In this document: positions 59,407 to 64,000 of the stretch, piece after piece
Layout of the letters: each line of letters begins with the position of its first letter
Numbering within the stretch: position 1 is the stretch's first letter
Origin: an uncultured virus (IMG/VR IMGVR_UViG_3300030060_003974)
Lineage: Duplodnaviria > Heunggongvirae > Uroviricota > Caudoviricetes
Virus record (IMG/VR): IMGVR_UViG_3300030060_003974
Location: 1 to 64,000 of that record
Length of the DNA stretch: 64,000 bases
Reading direction: 5' to 3' (one strand)
Made by a program: the position numbers and the translations under genes
The notes under the pieces: model-generated
Databases searched by the model: none
Told to the model about the DNA's origin: nothing
What the model saw: only the letters and a program-made list of their open reading frames with translations

Positions 59407-59503
59407 AAACCACAATTATAAACATTTACTCAATACTATCAATATGAATGTTATTACTACTCCTAAAAAAGAATAGAATGTTGCTTTTGCTTTATCTTCG
59501 TAT

Positions 59504-59845
59504 TTACTCATCTTCTTGCATTTTATCTGCGTACTTACACGCAGAGTTATAAATATTTCTATCGTACTCTTGTACAAAGTCAACAAAGTAATTCATCCAT
59601 TCGTACAGTCCTGTATTCATAAAGCTATCCATCTCTCTTACTTCAATATCATCCTCATACTTCAATCCATTGATAGAATTTACAACATACTTGTCAGGTG
59701 CGATTAAGTCGCACAATTGTTGGATTTGACATACATCATCTTCTGCCTCCCAACCTTTACCAAATTGTAAGTCAGCAATTTTTTCTAAATTGTTTGCCGA
59801 CACAAAACTATATGTAGACATATAGCGTTCAGTTTTTATTCTCAT
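59504..59845 (-). CDS. Early hypothetical protein (113 aa)
   Basis: ORF track. Confidence 0.75.
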   Translation of the reverse strand: MRIKTERYMSTYSFVSANNLEKIADLQFGKGWEAEDDVCQIQQLCDLIAPDKYVVNSINGLKYEDDIEVREMDSFMNTGLYEWMNYFVDFVQEYDRNIYNSACKYADKMQEDE

Positions 59846-59856
59846 AATTTTAAATT

Positions 59857-60042
59857 TTAATAGTTGTCCATTCCTAAAAAGAGGGTGATGCTTGAATCAC
59901 CCCCATCCTCCCACACTTCTATAATGTCGAGGATGTTGTCTCTATCAGGAATATTTGCTTTAGTTAAGTTCGCCACAGGCAGAATCTCAGCATCCTGAAA
60001 TTCACAATCCTGTAGCATTTTTACTAGTTCTTTTACTTTCAT
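59857..60042 (-). CDS. Early hypothetical protein (61 aa)
   Basis: ORF track; MKVKELVKMLQ start. Confidence 0.75.
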   Translation of the reverse strand: MKVKELVKMLQDCEFQDAEILPVANLTKANIPDRDNILDIIEVWEDGGDSSITLFLGMDNY

Positions 60043-60224
60043 AATTTTAAATGTTTAGGGTCGTAATTTTTACCATCTTGATATTCGAGGATTGCATAAA
60101 CATCTGCTTTGTTATCATAAGCAAACTTCATTGCCTCTTTTTTAGTTTCAAATTCATAGTCATTCTCTATGTAATCTCCACTCTCTGTGTACTCTCGTAA
60201 TTCTACTATATAATTCATATTCAT
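60039..60224 (-). CDS. Early hypothetical protein (61 aa)
   Basis: ORF track; FETKKEA motif. Confidence 0.75.
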   Translation of the reverse strand: MNMNYIVELREYTESGDYIENDYEFETKKEAMKFAYDNKADVYAILEYQDGKNYDPKHLKL

Positions 60225-60231
60225 ATGTTTT

Positions 60232-60329
60232 GGTTAATAAGGAAGATGATACGACATATAATCATCTATTACATTGTTGGTTTCTCCTAACAACAACCTT
60301 TTCGGATATTGAATCCTCATCAGTTAACC
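60232..60329 (-). ncRNA. Type I hammerhead ribozyme HHR-7 (branched stem III, UUA site)
   Basis: GGUUAA CUGAUGA GGAU-UCAAU-AUCC GAA AAGG-(two hairpins)-CCUU A UUAACC; cut after 60238. Confidence 0.87.
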
Positions 60330-60979
60330 TCTATTGATTTAATTATTTCCTCGCATAGCTGAGGTGGTATCTTGCTTCTCTCGTGATTACCTTTTAGTCC
60401 CTGTGTACCTGTTTGGCTTCCTCTTGGTGCTGGTGTATGACACGAGTCCCCATTCTTACACATTGGTCGTGGAGTCCATCCCATATCGTTAGTCCAAATG
60501 TCAGTAGGTTTCATTCTTGAGTCGCCATATTGACAATAGGTAACAGTTTCTCTTCTGTGTTTCATATCCTCCCAATGAGGTGCTTTTCTCATTTTACCTC
60601 TTGGGTTTTCTACGTACCACAATAGCTTTGGATTCTTGTCTAGATAATCAGAAATGATTCCTAATGTTTTCTCGAAGATTTTTAAGCCGATCATCTCAGG
60701 ATCACGAGGGGTAAAATTCTCTCCTGACACCCATTTCTTACCTATACAGGCAACAGAAAAATCAGTACAGGGTGGAGATGCCCAAATGACATCAGGAATC
60801 CACAACTCATCTAACTCTCCTACATTCATTTCATTCATACGATAGTCCCAATCCATAATATCGCCCACCCAATTTGTATTGGGATAAGCTACATTATCAA
60901 CAGAGAATACCTCGTGACCACGTTGCTCGGCAACTTTGCCTACACTACGTGAACCACTAAATAGTTCTAGTATTTTCAT
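60320..60979 (-). CDS. C5 cytosine DNA methyltransferase
   Basis: LELFSG (motif I), ASPPC (IV), VENP (VI); stop codon lies in the HHR-7 core. Confidence 0.85.
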   Translation of the reverse strand: MKILELFSGSRSVGKVAEQRGHEVFSVDNVAYPNTNWVGDIMDWDYRMNEMNVGELDELWIPDVIWASPPCTDFSVACIGKKWVSGENFTPRDPEMIGLKIFEKTLGIISDYLDKNPKLLWYVENPRGKMRKAPHWEDMKHRRETVTYCQYGDSRMKPTDIWTNDMGWTPRPMCKNGDSCHTPAPRGSQTGTQGLKGNHERSKIPPQLCEEIIKSIEVN

Positions 60980-60992
60980 AATTGTTGGTTTT

Positions 60993-61072
60993 GATTAAGA
61001 CACAAGAGTAATAAGCTACCANNNNNNNNNNCACCTCTTGTGTTTCGGACATCAAGTCCTCATCAGTTAATC
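60993..61072 (-). ncRNA. Type I hammerhead ribozyme HHR-6
   Basis: GAUUAA CUGAUGA GGAC-UUGAU-GUCC GAA ACACAAGAG-(loop with N gap)-CUCUUGUGU C UUAAUC; cut after 60999. Confidence 0.9.
61022..61031. other. Assembly gap (10 N) inside the stem III loop of HHR-6
   Basis: Run of n characters. Confidence 0.99.
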
Positions 61073-61309
61073 TGTTTTGTATTTATCAACTAAATTTTCT
61101 AATGCATATATGTATTTAAATATATGGTCGCTTTTGTTTAGTTCATCTTGATACGCTTGGCTAAAAACGTATATCTCTTCTGCATCTAACTCTACTGACA
61201 AATGGCGTTCATTAAAATCAGTGAATTCAGGCTCATATATATACTCTAAAATTTTGTTAGATAAATGAATCATTTGTTCCTCTTGAAAAGGAGTAAGTTT
61301 GTTTTTCAT
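61067..61309 (-). CDS. Early hypothetical protein (80 aa)
   Basis: ORF track; TAA stop is part of stem I of HHR-6. Confidence 0.75.
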   Translation of the reverse strand: MKNKLTPFQEEQMIHLSNKILEYIYEPEFTDFNERHLSVELDAEEIYVFSQAYQDELNKSDHIFKYIYALENLVDKYKTD

Positions 61310-61590
61310 AATTTAATTGTTTTATATTCATCTAGATATTTGTCCCACAAAACGCTACCTGTTCTAATTAAATGTTTATTCGTTTCTGATAATCCATCAA
61401 TCGAAAATCCATCTACAGACAGGATAAAGTTTGTGTCTTTGGTTTTGTATTCTTTCATAATCAATTTGATACAGTAAGATACATAATCTAAATCTAATTC
61501 TCTGTCATAAGGTACTATGTCAATGAAATCAGATTTTCCAAATCCAGAATCTATTTGAATGTTATTATTACTATTAATTTTTTCTTTCAT
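61306..61590 (-). CDS. Early hypothetical protein (94 aa)
   Basis: ORF track; ACTATCAAATTATG leader. Confidence 0.75.
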   Translation of the reverse strand: MKEKINSNNNIQIDSGFGKSDFIDIVPYDRELDLDYVSYCIKLIMKEYKTKDTNFILSVDGFSIDGLSETNKHLIRTGSVLWDKYLDEYKTIKL

Positions 61591-61608
61591 AATTTGATAG
61601 TGTTATTG

Positions 61609-61671
61609 GTTTGTACCACCAAAACCCCAACACGTTTTACTGTGTTGAGGTAAGGGCAGATAATCACAAAC
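61609..61671 (-). ncRNA. Long intergenic hairpin (motif B, copy 2)
   Basis: Minus strand GUUUGU..UCUGCCCUUACCUCAACAC-AGUAAAAC-GUGUUGGGGUUUUGGUGGU-ACAAAC. Confidence 0.55.
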
Positions 61672-61675
61672 TAAA

Positions 61676-61921
61676 TCAGGATGCGTTTAAGGGCGATTCT
61701 ATATTGTACTCGCCATCCATAATAATTGCATCAATAATTTCTTCTTCATAATTGTATAGGACATCAGTGACATCATCTCCATTGAGAATCATTTTATCTA
61801 TTGTAATCTCCTCAATAGGTGGGGAATCATAACTTCCTGACTCAACGTAGTGTTCGTAATAAACTTCTACTACATTGTTTTCGGACAGTTCCCAATCGAA
61901 TTGTAATTTAGTAGCTTTCAT
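61676..61921 (-). CDS. Early acidic hypothetical protein (81 aa)
   Basis: ORF track. Confidence 0.75.
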   Translation of the reverse strand: MKATKLQFDWELSENNVVEVYYEHYVESGSYDSPPIEEITIDKMILNGDDVTDVLYNYEEEIIDAIIMDGEYNIESPLNAS

Positions 61922-61923
61922 AA

Positions 61924-62178
61924 TTATAATGTTGGTATTGTTTCATAACCTTTGATTGTAGTGAACAACGCACCACCATCATTACCCTCATCATCCATAG
62001 ATGAATAGAGCCAAAACTTCTCGCCTTTTTTGTTTTCCATTAACATACATAAAGGAGATTTGTACCACATCATGTCTTCTACTACTTCTTCAGACATATA
62101 CTCGACTTTAATTATCTTACATCCTAAAAGATGTTTCTTTGCTAAATCAGTCCAACGTGTTTCTGTGTTTGTATTCAT
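61924..62178 (-). CDS. Early hypothetical protein (84 aa)
   Basis: ORF track; DDEGNDGGAL motif. Confidence 0.78.
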   Translation of the reverse strand: MNTNTETRWTDLAKKHLLGCKIIKVEYMSEEVVEDMMWYKSPLCMLMENKKGEKFWLYSSMDDEGNDGGALFTTIKGYETIPTL

Positions 62179-62199
62179 TTTTGATAGTATTATAGGTTT

Positions 62200-62254
62200 G
62201 TAAATGACACCTACATTGTAGGTGTTTCGGATATTTAATCCTCATCAGATTTAC
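62200..62254 (-). ncRNA. Type I hammerhead ribozyme HHR-5 (minimal)
   Basis: GUAAAU CUGAUGA GGAU-UAAAU-AUCC GAA ACACCUAC-AAU-GUAGGUGU C AUUUAC; cut after 62206. Confidence 0.95.
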
Positions 62255-62405
62255 TTTCTCTTAGATTTTCTCTTGCGATTGCATTCTCTTTTGCTCGACA
62301 ATATACACTGTAGTGATTTTCACGTACATAATCCATAAAGTCAGTATAAAAAAGAATATCATCTTCTAAATTTAAGAGGTCTGTTGTCCATAGTTTTGTT
62401 TTCAT
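62235..62405 (-). pseudogene. Probable small gene with a 1-nt frameshift near its start (or sequencing error)
   Basis: The ATG at 62405 is out of frame with a ~55-codon frame (TKLWTTDLLNLEDD...KSDED*); one extra A gives MKTKLW... Confidence 0.4.
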
Positions 62406-62815
62406 TTCTTAAAGGTTTTAATAAAGTTATTTACTGTATCATCAAATTTAATTTGATAATCATAATCTCGCATTTGTATACGAATTTTGTTGTCACTATT
62501 TGCATAAACAAAATATGTATATTCTTCCCAACAGTCATTGCTATTAGGTAGATTAACATAAATATTTCCACGTGGATTATCGTTTTTTAACGCACATAAT
62601 GTTAGAGCAGTTAACTCTTCCATCCCATTGGCGTATTTCACTGAGGCAGATGCTTCATTATGAATAACTCCATTGGTCAACGTAAATTGTTGCAGAATCT
62701 CTGCTAATTCAACTCCGTGTGCATCAGGATAACCATCATAGTGTCTATACATAGTTAATAAAGTAGAAGAACCTCTTCCACCATTTTCGAAATGTGTTAA
62801 ACTTCGTGTTCCCAT
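62402..62815 (-). CDS. Early phage protein (MGTRS...YRHYDGYP motif)
   Basis: ORF track; recognisable conserved-looking N-terminal motif. Confidence 0.8.
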   Translation of the reverse strand: MGTRSLTHFENGGRGSSTLLTMYRHYDGYPDAHGVELAEILQQFTLTNGVIHNEASASVKYANGMEELTALTLCALKNDNPRGNIYVNLPNSNDCWEEYTYFVYANSDNKIRIQMRDYDYQIKFDDTVNNFIKTFKK

Positions 62816-62833
62816 AATTGATAGTTTTTATGT

Positions 62834-62892
62834 ATTATAAGACACCTGTGTTTGACAGGCGTTTCGGATTTTAAATCCTCATCAGTTATAAT
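62834..62892 (-). ncRNA. Type I hammerhead ribozyme HHR-4
   Basis: AUUAUAA CUGAUGA GGAUU-UAA-AAUCC GAA ACGCCUGU-CAAAC-ACAGGUGU C UUAUAAU; G.U wobble valid only on the - strand; cut after 62841. Confidence 0.95.
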
Positions 62893-63200
62893 TGAAATTG
62901 TCTAAGAAAATATCTGTACAGGTTTTTGACTCCTACTATTCTATTCTTCCACTGAGCATCTTGTGTTTTGTAAGTTCTAGTGGTTGTGTCATAGAAGACA
63001 TTTCCTGAACAATACCATTGATGAAAATGGTATCTTCTAAGATTAGATTTATTCGGTTTACCTTTTAAATCGTATTCAGCGATTTTATCTTCAGTTAATT
63101 TATCTTTAACCTCTTGTAAACTCCACTTGTATCCATCCTCTTCAAAAAACTCTTGATAGAATCGAAGAAACTTGATACTGTAATTGAATTGATTGTACAT
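62886..63200 (-). CDS. Early hypothetical protein (104 aa)
   Basis: ORF track; TAA stop abuts the HHR-4 core. Confidence 0.78.
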   Translation of the reverse strand: MYNQFNYSIKFLRFYQEFFEEDGYKWSLQEVKDKLTEDKIAEYDLKGKPNKSNLRRYHFHQWYCSGNVFYDTTTRTYKTQDAQWKNRIVGVKNLYRYFLRQFQL

Positions 63201-63213
63201 AATTGATAGTTTT

Positions 63214-63269
63214 GATTAGGACACCTGTTCGCACAGGTGTTTCGGATACTGAATCCTCATCAGCTAATC
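63214..63269 (-). ncRNA. Type I hammerhead ribozyme HHR-3
   Basis: GAUUAG CUGAUGA GGAU-UCAGU-AUCC GAA ACACCUGU-GCGA-ACAGGUGU C CUAAUC; GNRA tetraloop on the - strand; cut after 63220. Confidence 0.95.
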
Positions 63270-63385
63270 TCAATGTAGAAAATCCACATTCCAACATAAA
63301 ATATCAACCCTAGAAAAACTAGGAAGAATAATTCATAGAAGAAATTGATTGGGTCTTCTTTGATAGATTTAAAAAATTCTCTCAT
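63260..63385 (-). CDS. Small single-TM membrane protein (41 aa)
   Basis: Hand-translated MREFFKSIKEDPINFFYELFFLVFLGLIFYVGMWIFYIEIS; TGA stop lies in the HHR-3 core. Confidence 0.7.
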   Translation of the reverse strand: MREFFKSIKEDPINFFYELFFLVFLGLIFYVGMWIFYIEIS

Positions 63386-63403
63386 AATTAATTGTTTTAG
63401 TTA

Positions 63404-63796
63404 TTAAAATTTGATTGTCCCTTTACTGTTAACCTCATTGTAATGAGAATCCTTAAACTCTTCTACAAGGAATTCTCTATCTTCATCACTCAAGATGTTA
63501 TGCCAGATGAATTCAAACTTCCTGTCGTGAATCGTATCGTGATAGTGATGATGCTCATACAATTTGTCATATCGTTCAACCTCTCTTTTATGTCTAGCTT
63601 CAACTGTCTCTACACGTTGCAGTGCTTCATCCAATTGAATCTGTCTATTTTTGGCTAAACTTGTCCATTGTAAAAGTCCATAGAGCATCTCAATTTTTGA
63701 GGTTTTAAGTGCCTCTTGGACATCTTCCTCAGTATGCTGAGGAAAGTGTCTTAAGAGCATCTCTTTGTCAATAATAATATCAGTATTTATTTTCAT
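63404..63796 (-). CDS. Early hypothetical protein (130 aa)
   Basis: ORF track. Confidence 0.75.
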   Translation of the reverse strand: MKINTDIIIDKEMLLRHFPQHTEEDVQEALKTSKIEMLYGLLQWTSLAKNRQIQLDEALQRVETVEARHKREVERYDKLYEHHHYHDTIHDRKFEFIWHNILSDEDREFLVEEFKDSHYNEVNSKGTIKF

Positions 63797-63812
63797 AATT
63801 TGTTAATTAGAT

Positions 63813-63999
63813 TCAGTGCTTTTTTAATTGTTTTCGCAGTATATTGTGCGTTCTGAAAGTGGAAATAATCTTCGCCAATATTGGCTAGAAATTCTAGATT
63901 CCATTTAACAACATCTAAAGCATTTTTAGAATCGGTTCTTGTGTAACCCTTACTGCACTTTGCAGTAGGTTTTGATGTGTTGATGACTGTGCTTTTAGA
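63813..63999 (-). CDS. Early hypothetical protein, 5'-truncated by window edge
   Basis: Hand-translated open frame SKSTVINTSKP...AKTIKKH*. Confidence 0.6.
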
Positions 64000-64000
64000 C

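Noticed and set aside
60232..63269. Recurring TTTCGGA..TCCTCATCAG as a CRISPR array, attC sites or REP elements
   Set aside because: Spacing is irregular (hundreds of bp, whole genes between copies), no cas or integrase gene is present, and the invariant bases match the hammerhead core.
1..64000. Alternative genetic code, tRNA genes, integrase/prophage ends, diversity-generating retroelement
   Set aside because: Long ORFs are intact in the standard code and all three stops are used. No cloverleaf, recombinase, host flank or reverse transcriptase was seen by eye; tRNAscan was not run.
63813..64000. Direct circular join of position 64000 to position 1
   Set aside because: The truncated ORFs at the two ends are not in frame when joined, so more sequence probably lies between them.

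Overview
The window holds most of a lytic-looking, AT-rich tailed phage genome with podovirus-like architecture. The host is probably Bacteroidota/Flavobacteriia, judged from many TAnnTTTG promoters and the absence of Shine-Dalgarno sites. The + strand (1670-49213) carries GroEL/GroES, many tiny Lys/Arg-rich proteins, a lysis/envelope cluster, tail fibres, terminase, portal, scaffold, major capsid, tail and ejection proteins. The - strand (49204-64000 and 1-~1250) carries replication/recombination genes and small early genes. The main discovery is seven complete type I hammerhead ribozymes (CUGAUGA...GAAA...NUH, covarying stems) on the - strand at early-gene junctions. Each begins at or just after the upstream stop codon and would cut 13-29 nt before the next ATG, suggesting an early operon that cuts itself into separate mRNAs. 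An eighth, orphan cleavage-site half could be cut by a neighbouring ribozyme, and two of the predicted fragments have ends compatible with circularisation. All protein-family calls come from motifs read by eye; no database search was run.
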